DNA from: Craspedostauros australis
Lineage: Eukaryota
Assembly: GCA_030167865.1 (NCBI GenBank)
Contig: JALAGF010003172.1
Location: forward strand, 1 to 64,000
Direction: 5' to 3'
Length of the DNA stretch: 64,000 bases
Shown here: piece by piece, positions 36,393 to 49,121 of the stretch
How positions within the stretch are numbered: the stretch's first letter is position 1
How the letters are laid out: each line of letters opens with the position of its first letter
Made by a program: the position numbers and the translations under genes
The notes under the pieces: model-generated
Databases searched by the model: none
Told to the model about the DNA's origin: nothing
The model's input: the letters and a program-made list of their open reading frames with translations, nothing else

Positions 36393-38565
36393 TGAGCGCT
36401 CTTCCCTGAGACGTACCAATACGAGCAGCGCCGTGATCAACAAGAGGGGAGCAATTTAACAAGTGTAACTCTACATACTTTGCATCACATGTTCTGTTCT
36501 TGTATGCGCTTGAGTATGGTCCAGAAATGTGGAGCTCAGGGAGCAAAGGGAGAAGACCAACAGAACATACCAATGCAGAGTTGAGTGTTGTGTGGCTTGG
36601 GGGCAGTCGCAGCTCGTATCATCCAGACGCATTGGCGCAGTTTGTGAATGTTCGCCGCGGACCGAGCCTGCCACATATCACCATCCGAAACGATGTGTCA
36701 ATGTTCAAGCGTATGGGACGTTGAAGTGTTGGATGGGTACAACACGCTCCGTGTTCGTCGGCAAGGATACCGCCCATCTCGATCGTGGGGGCGACATCAG
36801 GCGAATTGATGGACATTGCCATCTTGGAACCATGAACATCACCAATCAACCATGAACTACAAATGCGACGTTCTTGTTGGCTGCAACATCAAACCATTCT
36901 TTGAGGAACACGCGTGGGTATCGCTCTCCCACCTGCGAACTTATCTTGCAAGGCTCAGGGAGACAACCTCTGTCCCTCGCCCCATTTTCATTGCCTCCAA
37001 GGAAGGGACAAGCCATCACAGCAGCCCCTATCTTGTCTTTCCCAGATACCGAAAGGGAGAGACGGAGGAGCGTGTGGTCGTGGAGGTGTTGGGGAGTAAA
37101 ACAGCGTTCTTGGAGACGAATTGGAGAAAGATGATCACCTCGGCGGAGCGATCGTTCAAACCACAGCACGCACATGGCACACAACAGACGTCTGTTTGGT
37201 CCAGCATGGAGACAGATGCGAAGCGCGTTTTAGTTCAGTCGACACAATTCTTTGCATCAGGCGCCTGGGGCTCTGCATCCATCAAACAGTTGGATGGCCT
37301 TCCTGTGCCGATGCGCTTTCACATCCACGAGAGCGTCGTGCTCCTTGCTCGTTTCCTCACCCTTCGGCCTTTCCTCCCATCGTGCTTGTGGTGCCGCTTA
37401 TAATAGATGAGATGGGATTTTCGATCTTGTGCATAGTCGAAGTAGAGGACTCAGAATGCGGTGCGGCTTGGAGGATGAGGAAAGGCGCATCCATCATCTC
37501 GCTCATGGCGCAATTTGTGTGCAGCTGCATCCCGCCACGTGCTTCGTGTGCGTGTTTGGGCACAGGTGCGTAAAATGTGACAGAGCTGGAGCAGGTGCGA
37601 ACACGTAGCAATTATGCCATGCTTCGCTCATGACCCGCACTGAGTCCTCATGATCGTTCTTTTGGACTTTGTTTCATGTTGTGGCTGGAAGTGTGCGTTT
37701 GGGCCTTGTTGCACACGCCACCAATCCATTCTCGTGCCACCGACAACAGAGTCTGCTCCCCAAGCGTGTTCTTGGCAACAACAAGCAAGATTCCGTGTAG
37801 TATTGGCGCGTGCATCCAAACTGCCAGAAAGTATCATCCATGGGCGAGAGAAGAAGTGAAAGCATAAAAAACCGTTGATGTTTTCCGTGGGCGTGTGAGT
37901 CGTGATAAAACTGAGTGGCGCAAGCGGTGCTATGGGGCTTAGTGTTGGCACTGTTATGAACTTATTGTGTATTGCCTTCTCAAGTCCCACCGTGGTCATC
38001 ACCTCCGACAGTTGAAGTTCGAATGACATTGTGACACACTTCCTCGCTGTTCGTGGACGATGCCAACCCGAATCATGGACTCGAACGCCACATGATGATG
38101 GATAGGGAAGTAAATGTCAGAATGCGCTTTCAACAACACTGCACAGCAAACGAGACGCGAACAGCGTTGTTGTGGATGGAGGTTGCGCTCACGCTGTGTT
38201 GTGATGAGTTGTTCGAGACAACTCTGGCGAATCCTGTTCGTTCTTCGACACTCCTCTCCCTCCGGCGTTGGGTACCGACAGAGCAGAGTCGCCATCTTCT
38301 CTTTCAGGCGATGCTGCCCAACGATGTGGCACTGGGTTGTGATGGCATTGCCTGAATGGTTGGATGTGTTGTATTGTATTACATTGCCTTGCATTGCATT
38401 GCATTGCCTCGCATCAACACAAGAAGCAGCTCACCACAAAGATCAGAACCCGTCGCATTTCAGCACAATGCATCCAATTGCGCATAATCCAATGACAAGA
38501 CCCAAGAGAGGCCACAACACCAAAACCAAGAGGCAACAAGATCTGCTCAACAAAAACGTGTGGTC

Positions 38566-41500
38566 ATGGCATCCAGATCCAACCGCAGGAGCAGCCACAG
38601 CACTCCATCGCTGGAGATGAAGGAAGCGCTGATTCAGAATTCCAGCTACCACTCCAAAGCACGCGCGCCAAAGACGTGGGGCGAGTTCTCCCAGCAGCAG
38701 CAACAACAGCAGACACTGGGACATCCGGATCATTCACGAAACCGCCATCATGGTGGGAATCTTGGTGGATTGATGGATGGCGGTGCCAATGTCGGACCAG
38801 CTAAAACCCATAGCGGCAACCGATCGGGCACAGGGACATTCCCGGCCATAGACACAAATGCGGACATTCGACCTTCAGGGACAGCGTCCAGATTATCTGG
38901 GACATCCTGCTCAAGAACGGGAATGGTGTACCACTGTGTTGGCCCAGATTCACGGTCATCGCAACAACCAACACCAGCAACACCACATACACAACAGCAA
39001 CACCAGCAACGGGCTTTTGTGCACTATTCCCCTTCACTATCACGAACAACAGCAGCAACAGTAACAGCAACAGGAGCAGTAATACCAACAGCGACAGCAG
39101 TAACAACAAGAATAAACTCAAGAACAGGCTCCCACCCAAGGCCATCGCAAACATCACAAACATCATCACAAACATCACAAACATCATCACAAACAACAAC
39201 AACACCGCTGACAACTGAAAGCCAAAGGCTGGTGCAGGAGTGGGACACACAGGCGAACGCAACGATGGAACCACACGAACAGATGGACCTGCTGTCGCAG
39301 CAGCAACAAGAACGCTTCGCCAGAGGACCTGGCCAGCCCAGGCCACCGAACACCCGAACCTCCCTCAAGTTCCAAAGAGCGCCGCGGCGATCAGGAGGTT
39401 CCTTCTGGAACACGATGTCACGGCGCAACTTCTCACCTGATGACATCCGCAAGTCCTCCAATGGCTACGATGAATACAGCTTCGACGAGGAAAGCCCCGA
39501 GTCCTTCGTCCTCGATGATGACTCCGTCGAAAGCAGATCGACCATGGCTGGCCTGGCGGAACGCAACCGTCCCCAACGGACTTTCTTCTCCTTTGGCAAG
39601 CAATCACGATCGCGACCCAACAAGGGGCACTTCAAAGGCAAGGCCGGTTCTGGGGCCAGGACGGCCAGCACTTCGGGGGGATCGCTCAGGAGGAAACCCC
39701 ATGGATCGTCAGCATCGTCTGGCCAACCCAAGGGCAAGCCCGGCCAGGCACCAAACCATCCCGGTGGTGGCGACGACGGCGATGATGATGATGATGACCT
39801 CCCTAATCCGGTGTCCGCTGCGTCGAATGCGTCGTCAAGGTTGTACGAGGACGTCCTCATCTGCGGCACCTTCTACAAGCTGCGCCAGTTCCGCAACTTC
39901 ATCGGCATCTCCATCGTCTACCTGTGGCTGCTCCTGCCTCTCGTCATCGGGATCTACCTGCGCTCGCAGCAGTTCGACGAGTTCGACACCCACTTCAACA
40001 CAGTGGCGATGCAGTTCATCCACACGCTGGAGCATCGCGTCGGCATGATCAGCAGCAACCTCGAATACCTCAGCATCACGGCCAACGTCGAAACCGATGC
40101 GAAGGATTGGCCCTTCGTCACCATCGTCGACTTCGAACGGTACGCGACGACATACGAGGGCATGCTGCTCTTGACGTCGTTTCATCCCACGGTCGTGCAG
40201 GGCAACAAGAGAGAGTGGGAGCGGTACGCGGTCGACCAGACGAGCATGGATGATCCGCTCCAGTATCCCGTCATCTGGCATCTGGATCCGAATCAGACCA
40301 CCTTCCAGGTGCTGCCGTACTTCGACACCGAGAACAGGACGTACTTCCCAGCATGGCAGTACACGACGGTCAAGGACACCTCCTTGATCAACGGAGATCT
40401 GCTTAACGTCTACTACCCCGACGAGATCAGTCATCTCCTGGAACGATCGCAGTCTGATGGTCATGGCAACGAAAGTCGAACGACGCTTACCGTCACGCCA
40501 GTTCATGCCAACCCTTCGGTGCAGGAGGCTGCGCTCTACGAGAATCTGATGCGGCTCAGCGACGAGCACGCCATTGATGAGTACAGAAACGAGCCTGTGT
40601 CATGGGTCTTCGTCCCTGTGTACCCGCAGGCACCAAATGGCGAGGAGGACACGGTGAGCGTGGCAGCCGAGAATGAGCAGCAACCAAGCACCTACACGAG
40701 CAGCGCCGAATCATCCATGTTGGGTGTCATCAGCTCCATCCTTCACTGGCCGACGTTCCTGCAGTTCAACTCGACCATGGACAACCACAACATCGTCTGC
40801 GTGGTTGAGAACACCTGTGACGACACAGTCTTCTCCATGGAACTGAGGGGCAACAACGAGGTGCGATTCATGGGCTACGAAGATGCCCATGACCGAGGGT
40901 ACGATTCCATGAGGCGTACCCTGTCGCTGCAAAGCGATTCTCGCGATCTTGGTAGCATCAAGACCTCCTTCTGCCAACACGCCGTCCATGTGTACCCATC
41001 CGATGCCTTCCAGGGGGACTACATCACCTTGCTGCCGTACACGATGGGCCTGGGCATCATCGCCCTCTTCATCATCGTCTTCACCAGCCTCTACTATTAC
41101 GACACCACCATCTATCGACAGATCCGGACCATCCAGCAATCATCCCACGAGAACCAGATGATCGTCACGCAGATGTTCCCGCAGCAATTCCGTCCCATGC
41201 TGACAGGCAAGACAAGCCACCCGCTCACGAAGCACATACCCAAGGACATGATCACACCGGGAACGACGCCATCTGGCAAATCATCCACCATCACGCAGCA
41301 ACCCATCGCGGATTTGTTTCCAAATTGCACCGTCTGTTTCATCGACGTTGCCGGTTTTGATGTTTGGAGCGCGAATCGGGAACCGGACCAGGTAAGTCCT
41401 TGCCGTATGTGCTGTCACGTTGAATGTGCTGCCACGTTGAATGTGCTGCTACGTTGATTCGGTTGCGAATACTATCTCCTCACCACTTGTGTCTCAACCT

Positions 41501-43711
41501 CTCTTTTACTGTGCATATGTACGTACGCATAATCATCAACAGATATTCACGTTGCTTGAGTTCCTTTTCCGCAACATGGACAACTTGGCACGACGCCGGC
41601 AGGTCTTCAAGGTGGAGACCATCTCAGATTGCTACGTCGCCGTGACAGGATTGCCAGATCCACAGAACGACCACGCGCCTCGCATGGCTCGATTCGCCAG
41701 GGACTGCATGACGCACTGCCATCAACATATTCGTATCCTGCAGAGCACGCTGGGCCGCGACACCATGGATCTGCGGTTGCGCGTCGGCATGCACAGCGGC
41801 CCGGTCACGGCCGGTGTGCTGGTGGGGGAAAAGGCAAGATTCCAACTGTTCGGTGACACCATCAACACGGCCAGCCGCATGCAATCGACGGGACGCAAGA
41901 ACCGCATCCAGGTGTCGGAGCACACGGCCGACTTGCTCAAGGAGAGCGGCAAGGCATCGTGGTTGACGCTGCGCGAAGATGCTGTGCACGCGAAGGGCAA
42001 GGGTATGCTCGTCACGTATTGGCTCACGGGCAACACGGGACACAACAGGAACGTGTTGGAAAGCCAGCCGCACTTGCAACGACCGTCAGCTGGTGGGTCA
42101 GCCGAGATGTCTGACGTATTCGGTACCACAGATCTGTCGATGCATGCCAACCAGAGCAACGAATGGAAGGTCAGCGACGTTGAGCTTGCCAATGGTGGAG
42201 CGAACTCGGGTGGTATCAAGGCCACTGCAGCAGCCGGTGGAGAAGGTGGCGGAGTCCTTCGACGGGGGTCAGGTATCGGCCGTCGTCAAAACTCGCAGCA
42301 CAGCAACGCCTCCCACGGCGATCGCAGCAATCGCGTTGTGGAATGGCTGTCTGAAATTCTGTCCGAGCAGTTGCGACACATCATCGCAGAACGGGAAGGC
42401 AAGAAACGCAACGACGCCACGAAGAAGGCAATATCGTTCGACTTGGCGCCGATGAAGGATGGTGATGACAGCAGTGTTGGCGGTGGCGGTGGCGGCAGTG
42501 CCATAGGAGATGGGAAGACCTCACCCAAGACCAAAAAGGTCGACCTGGATGAAATCACGTACATCTTCCCAATGCCGCTGCGCTGCAATGCGACGACAGG
42601 TATGAAGGTCAACCAGTCCGTACAGCTGCCGTCTCTCGTCAACGTACAACTGCGCAAGTACGTCTCCACGATCTGCCGCAAGTACCGCAAGGTCCCATTC
42701 CATGATCTGGATCACTGCGCGCACGTCACGATGTCTGCCGTGAAGCTTCTGAAGCGCATCGGCAACTACACCAACAGCAACGGCGGCATCCTCTCCGATC
42801 CTGATCGTATCCACGACATGACGTACGGCATCGCATCCAACGCGTTGGTGCGCTTTGCCGTCGTCTTCGCCGCGTTGATTCATGACGTCGATCACCCAGG
42901 CGTGCCCAACGGCCAGCTGTCCAACGAATCATCACCGCTGGTCGCCGAGCATTCGGACCAATGCACGTTGGAGCAGAATTCCTTCCAGATTGCCTGGACC
43001 CTGCTCATGACGCGGGACTACAAGGAACTCGTGGACTGCATCTGCGACAACATGCAGGAGCTGTCCCAGTTCCGTCTGTACGTTGTGAACCTGGTGATCT
43101 CCACGGAGATCTTCAACCCTCGCCTGAAACTGACGCGTTTGGAGAAGTGGGAGCAGGCCTTTGCCTTAGATGGGTACTTGGAAGAGGAGCACTCGCGCAG
43201 TAATGCACCCAGACCCCGCGAGGCCGAAGATCAGACGGACATGGAGCAGAAGGCCACCATGGTGCTGATCTGCTTGCTGCAGGCCGCCGACATCAGCCCC
43301 ACGATGCAGAGCTGGTCGATCTACAAGAAATGGAACGAACGGTTGTTTCAGGAAATGTACAACGCCCACCAGGCCGGACGATCGCCGCGCGATCCCAGCA
43401 TCGGCTGGTTCCAGAGTGAGCTGTGGTTCTTCGACAACTTCGTGATTCCCATCGCGCAGAAGCTGCGGACCTGCGGCGTGTTTGGTTCGTCGTCGTCGGA
43501 TTGCCTGACGTACGCACGCGAGAACAAACGCGAGTGGGAGAATCGCGGCGAGGAGCTCGTGCAAGAGATGGTGCAGCGGGCCCGCGAGAAGCATGCGCAG
43601 ACGATGAGATCGACTGCACCAGAAGCGTCGGCGGTGTCCGCAGTGCATGACAAGGAGAATATCGCTCTGGCGGGACCGACAGCAGCAGGCGGAGACGGAG
43701 GACAGAAATGA
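38566..43711 (+). CDS. Receptor-type guanylate/adenylate cyclase-3',5'-cyclic nucleotide phosphodiesterase fusion, 2 exons: 38566-41391, 41543-43711 (~1664 aa; start uncertain)
   Basis: Two TM helices flank a CHASE-like ectodomain. Class III cyclase motifs 'FIDVAGF', 'KVETISDCYV', 'RVGMHSGPV', 'RFQLFGDTINTASRM'. PDEase_I motifs 'PFHDLDH', 'IHDVDHPG', 'AADIS'. Phase-0 intron 41392-41542. Confidence 0.92.
41416..41457. repeat. 17-bp tandem duplication (CACGTTGAATGTGCTGC x ~2.5) inside the cyclase-PDE intron
   Basis: Read directly. Confidence 0.85.
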
Positions 43712-44095
43712 TTGAATGGCTGAGCCGGAGTACTCGTGCCACGGGAGTTTATCACATCTACTAGGTAGCTTGCAGATAACGTTCTGACTGATGGGCTACG
43801 TCTTTAGGAATCCTCGTTGGAGGATACAGCAGGTAACAGTAGACATGCACTTTTGAGGTATGCCACAGCGCCTGCAATTAATGGCTTGATGGTGTCTCAG
43901 CGAGTTTACGTTTCCGGGCAAGACATCCGCAAGCAATGTCCATGTCACTTCACACACACGAATTCAGACTATGAGTGCATACAAATCCAATACATCGTTG
44001 AGTACTACAGAGATCGTTTATGTTACAGAACGATAGGCTCCAGGTGTCCAAAAAGGAATGGATCGCACAACACCTCGTCACAGTTGCAGTCATAA

Positions 44096-45013
44096 TTACA
44101 GCATCTGCTTGATGTACTCATCCATCTGCTCGCCCTTGTCACCATAGTCCTTGCCTTGATGCGCGCCTAGCTTTTCCTTTTCGAACTTACTGCGCGGACA
44201 CGTGAGCTGGAAGGGGTACAGGAATTTGGACGCCGCCTCGAATGCATCCCCGACCGTGACGAGTTCGTGTATCATATCCTCCATGCAGATGATGCCATGC
44301 TCCTCGCCGAGATGGTCCTCCAGAATGGTATTATCGGACAGCGGAACGCGCTCCTTCCCGATGCAGCCGAAACTGCGACGCACCATGAGATCCTGAATCA
44401 TGGCCTCGGACGGCGTGCCGTACAGCACCCAGGGTTCGATCATGTGCAGCAGACGGCGTGTCGCGGGCGTGTACTTGAGAAAGACGCCCTGAAATGGCTT
44501 GCGCAGACGGAATCCGTGCAAGACAGTGACGATCTTGGGCGGCGCCTTGCCCTGATCCTCGCGGATGCGCACGACGAAGACCATGGAGGCATCGACGGAG
44601 TTGGTTTGGTACGTGACCGCCTCCGAGGCTGGTTTGGCCAGGTGCTTGGAACGCCTGCGCTTCTTGGGGCTGTCGTCGCCCAGCGGGATCTCCTTGACGA
44701 TGGTCTCCTTGCTGTCCGATCCCCGCTTTTGCATGCCCTTCTTCTTGACGCGCTTGTACCGAATCTCGTGGTTTCGGCGCGATTTGGCCATCGACAGCAG
44801 CTTGGCGGGCTTGATGACGTACTGTCCCTTGCGCTGCTTGCCGTACTTGTTGAGCTTCTTCTTGCCGCTGCCCTTGGGCTGCACCTGCAGCTTGCCGGTG
44901 GCATCCAGCTGGGCTGCCTTCTTGCGCCGCAGCTCATCCAGATCATGGCGTCGCTTCAGCACGGATTCCGGCACCAGCGGCAGGTCCTTGTGTTCTTTCG
45001 CAATCATCGACAT
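44096..45013 (-). CDS. Ribosomal protein L7-like (uL30 family; Rlp7/RPL7L1-type ribosome biogenesis factor), 305 aa
   Basis: 'LVPESVLKRR', 'MVFVVRIR', 'FRLRKPFQGVFLK', 'IEPWVLYGTP', 'PLSDNTILEDHLG..IICMEDMIHEL..FLYPFQL', 'DYGDKGEQMDEYIKQML'. Its divergence from canonical RPL7 suggests the paralog. Confidence 0.88.
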   Translation of the reverse strand: MSMIAKEHKDLPLVPESVLKRRHDLDELRRKKAAQLDATGKLQVQPKGSGKKKLNKYGKQRKGQYVIKPAKLLSMAKSRRNHEIRYKRVKKKGMQKRGSDSKETIVKEIPLGDDSPKKRRRSKHLAKPASEAVTYQTNSVDASMVFVVRIREDQGKAPPKIVTVLHGFRLRKPFQGVFLKYTPATRRLLHMIEPWVLYGTPSEAMIQDLMVRRSFGCIGKERVPLSDNTILEDHLGEEHGIICMEDMIHELVTVGDAFEAASKFLYPFQLTCPRSKFEKEKLGAHQGKDYGDKGEQMDEYIKQML

Positions 45014-46820
45014 CTTCTATTATTATATATTATATAATACTACTGCTGTATTTAATACTCTCCTGTATTGGACTACTCTGGAGTGTTGGAATGGTTCAAT
45101 GGGACGCTGCCTTCCTGGCTTTGGTGTTGTTGGTGTTATTGTTATTGTTGTTGTCAATGAAGATCGGCGGCAGTCGGTTTGATGCAGAGCGCGGATGGAA
45201 CGTCATGGTCGAAGCGTTTTTGTTCTTTGTTGTTGTTGCGGAATTGTTGGTTGTGTTGCCGTGGTCTGTTCTCGTACGTCGGAAGGAAGGCTGCGATTGA
45301 GTGTAGAGACGGGTTTGCACATCAATCATTTTCAGCGATCGGCGCGTAAATTCGCCATTGCTCACACGAAGTCTCCTTTTGCGCGATGTCGGTGGTATTC
45401 ATGACCCGCGAAGCCATCGGATGCAGACACAGCTGCGCGCAGTCGTATTCAGCATCCGAGTGATTAGGACATGCACGCACGTGGAGACCAGGGAGATGAG
45501 GAGAGCAAGATGAGTTGGATTGGATTGAACTGACCTGAGCAACATCCATGCATGACCTTCTCCTTCATGGTGGACGTGGTGTCACTGTGACTGGGAAGAG
45601 TCATACGGAAGCTGCCAAAGCTTCAGCGTTCTTGCTTGCTGCTCACGCTAGTAGCATACGCAAGAGAGCACGGCATCGCACAAACACTCTCCGAGTAAGC
45701 GCGTGATGATTGCTTGAATTCTATGCAGGGTACGAGTATGGCGGTCTTGCGCGTGGTAGAGTAGCCTTTGATGTGCATGCCGAAGCAGAGATTGGGATGG
45801 AGCATGCGCAGACGAGGAGATTGTCTCCTGCAAGGACTCAGGCATGCGAAAGCAGAGGAGAGTGCTCTGTCGAGTACAATGGCAGGCAAGTCAGCAGCCA
45901 TACCTGCGTTCGCACCACATACGTAGAGAGCATTCATGTTGAGTGTTCTACTCGTCCTCACGCCAATCTTGTGAGCTTTTGGAACGATCATGTTGCCGTG
46001 CATGAACGCTTTTACAAGTTGAGTACGTGTACGTGTACGTGTACGAGATATGAGACAAGTAGGCAAGGAGAGCAAATGGCCAAGAACACTATCCTCCTCC
46101 CGATGTGTAGCTCGTGCGTACTAGTAGGTCGTACGTGAGCATCGCAGCCGTCCATGATACCACTTTCGCACAAGGCTGTTTGTGCTCTCATCAGGCAAGA
46201 ATCTGATACGGGCACGATCGTACGACTGTCAAATGGAATCTAGATTGCCTGAGCAATCCTCTTCGGCTCCTCCCACCACATCACACCGCGTGGCGCCACA
46301 TGACATCGCCGTCACCGCCGTTGCCACCCTCACAGACAGGAGTGGAAGCAAGACGCCATCTGGGTGGTGCCTGTGCTTCCTTTTCACTTTCGCTCTTGGT
46401 GCGCAAACAGATTTGAATCATGGCGGAAGCACGACACAAACCAAGATACCCCTCGATCCCGAGTTTGACTCGGAACGACTCAGGCGTGATAGACCATTCG
46501 TAACGTTAAGATAACGTTCAATATCGTGCGGACTCTTACGAACGGGCCATGCGGCGCCGCGAAAAATAGTGTGACACACATGCATGCCTGGCTTAAACGT
46601 TGCGGTTAACTTTTTCGGTGAAGACGAAAAAAGACCGTTACCGGCTTGAGCGCGTGTGAGGCCCCCGCATGGCTAATTCTCGTTGCGGTAACGCGACAAC
46701 AGCCGCGCTCGACGAAAGTTTACCACGTCTTCGCGGTCATCGTGGTTTCCACGCGAAGATCCTCATCCACGACATGCCTGAGGCGACCCCATCAACAACA
46801 AGGGGAGCGAAAATGGGAAG

Positions 46821-46880
46821 AGACATGGCATGCAGACATGGCATGCAGACATGGCATGCAGACATGGCATGCAGACATGG
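46821..46880. repeat. Minisatellite, 13-bp unit AGACATGGCATGC x ~4.6
   Basis: Perfect tandem copies read directly. Confidence 0.95.
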
Positions 46881-47644
46881 TGGTGACATGCACATTGGCA
46901 AACAAGGAGAGCGGAACGAAGCGGAGGAGGAACACGCTCCCTTGTGAACAACAAGAAGCACGAACAAGACGGAACCGGTTGATGTTCCCATCGGCTTCAA
47001 ATGTGCACTGCGCTGGTTCCCACATTTCGATTTCCTGAGCATTGACAGTACGAACAGCACAAACAGTGCCAACAGCATCGACTCTTCCTACATCTTGGTT
47101 GGCAACACCATTGACAACATCAACAACAAAGACTTGACTCCTCTCCAATCGGAAGAACATCACACCCAACAACACTCTGCCAATCCCTCCCATACTCACA
47201 AAGCATTCGTAGCAAAAACCGTGAAGAGTTGCACGACCAAAGAAGGAATCGTTCGCGCACCCCAACAAACAATCAAGACAGGAAAAGCGAGGAATTCTCC
47301 GTAAAACACAAAGCAGCGATCGCCATTCCTGACTTCTCTCTCTCTCGGAGACGATTGCGCACGCCAGGGAAGGAAGGCATCGCCAGGTTCTCGTTAAGAT
47401 CATAGAATAGAACACTCGCAGATCAGACCACTCCTCACAAAACGAAAACGAAAGCGCAACTCAGCTCAACTCAAACGAACAAAGCCTCCCATCAATTCTT
47501 CCTTCCCTCCTCTGAAGAGCCATAAATTGAACAACTTCACTCCGATCTTCCTTCTCACAACACATATCCTCGCCATCCATCAGCTTCACTTCGCATCACG
47601 GCAATCCAACAACCACAACATCAACCACAACATTCTACGCAACC

Positions 47645-48556
47645 ATGAACGTCTCCCAGCACGCACATCCACTCCATCTTCAGCAGCAGACAGTCGGCCA
47701 ACATCGATACCAGCAACAGCAGTACTATCAGCAACAACAGCAACAACTGCAGCAGCAACAATTGCAGCAACAGCAGAGGAGAGGGGACGCAGCGTCCGAA
47801 GTGTCATCGTTGGGATGCGGCACCTGCAAGTTCAACCCGCACTGGAGGCCACCCGCCAACCCCAACCAGGAACCAGCTCCCATGGTGCCTCCGAAGTTCA
47901 TCTTCATCACCATCCGAGTCTCCACCAGCATCATCACCAGCAGCAGCAGCGCCAACACTAACTCGAACTTGAAGCCCGCCACAGCGTGCGTCTCCCCAGC
48001 CAGTTCCACAGACAAGAGACAGCAGCAGCAGCAGCAGCACAATGGACATGCCCAGATGCACACACCCACGGCATCGCCAACCTCGCATGGATGGCTGGCA
48101 GAACGCAGCCCGCCTGCGATCATCTCACCCACGCACATGCTGTATCGCCGCTCTGCCAGCTGGAACCCCAGCGGAACTCCGCAGTCACGAAACAAGCTGC
48201 CCCGGCTGCAGCGCCCATTATCGCAGATACGACTAGCCGGCAGCAATGTCGTAACTCCCAGGAAGGATGCGACGCCCCAGCCTTCCGTGCCACAGCGGCT
48301 ATCGATCACGGTGGAGAACTCGGTGGGCTCCCTGCAGACAGCCTCCACGATGGGATCGGACTCCGCGTCGCTGGCTTCCGACTCCTTCCTGCACAGCCGC
48401 AGCAAGAAGTCCGCAGCCTCTTCGCCCATCGCCATTGACGGCGATCATCATCACCAGCGGCGTCCCAAGAAGAACGCGTTCTGGAAGAAGGTCGCATCCC
48501 CCATGCGATCAAAGCGACAAACACGCCTCAGTCGTGCCAAAGGATGCCTGGCATAG
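47645..48556 (+). CDS. Hypothetical Gln/Ser-rich disordered protein with polybasic C-terminus ending GCLA (303 aa)
   Basis: ATG in ACCATG context, polyQ tracts, many SP motifs, C-terminal 'RSKRQTRLSRAKGCLA'. No known domain recognised. Confidence 0.6.
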   Translation: MNVSQHAHPLHLQQQTVGQHRYQQQQYYQQQQQQLQQQQLQQQQRRGDAASEVSSLGCGTCKFNPHWRPPANPNQEPAPMVPPKFIFITIRVSTSIITSSSSANTNSNLKPATACVSPASSTDKRQQQQQQHNGHAQMHTPTASPTSHGWLAERSPPAIISPTHMLYRRSASWNPSGTPQSRNKLPRLQRPLSQIRLAGSNVVTPRKDATPQPSVPQRLSITVENSVGSLQTASTMGSDSASLASDSFLHSRSKKSAASSPIAIDGDHHHQRRPKKNAFWKKVASPMRSKRQTRLSRAKGCLA

Positions 48557-49121
48557 GAATCAAAAGTTTTGGAAGCTTCCTTGGGACACGAAATGCACCA
48601 TCCTGCAGTACGCTCGCAATCAAAGAGTCCGCCAACGGATCAAGGAACGCAGCGATGGAAAGAAGGAGCCACAGCGCTACTCCCACTATATGTCACTCTA
48701 AGCAACATCAGTAATATCCGCACGTTATATGCAGTAAACAAATCAATTCAGTAGATGATAACAGATCAAGAATTACGCTCTTCATAAAGACACGGAAGTG
48801 TTGCATCATTCCTCAATCGACTCCGACATTGCAAACAGCGCTGGTCGTGAAATCCATTGCTCTACTCTTGTAGATGTACTCATGCGACACACATGATTCT
48901 GATTTGACAAACTGGAATGCGACATATCTAGCTATATCTAGTAGACTTCAAGTGTTCCGCGCCAGAAATAAAAACGCAAAAGGTACGGCGCAAGAGGAGC
49001 TGACAGCAACGCAACACAAAACAAGAAGCAGCGCAAATGGAAACAAACAAACACAACGCATGCTGAATGAGAACGCACATTCTCCCTTCCACAAAGCATT
49101 GTATTGCCTATCATTACCACA

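Noticed and set aside
36400-38500. 195-aa ORF 36816-37403 and neighbouring ORFs as a possible gene or transposon relic
   Set aside because: No domain, transposase or RT motif and no terminal repeats recognised. Cannot be supported without a homology search.
46821-46880. Short repeat arrays considered as CRISPR or telomeric repeats
   Set aside because: Head-to-tail copies with no spacers, no cas genes, a eukaryotic context and no TTAGGG-like unit.
47527-47961. Overlapping frame ending in His/Gln-rich 'HLHHHPSLHQHHHQQQQRQH', suggesting a frameshift
   Set aside because: The main frame 47645-48556 is uninterrupted, and CAT/CAG microsatellites read as H/Q in one frame by chance.
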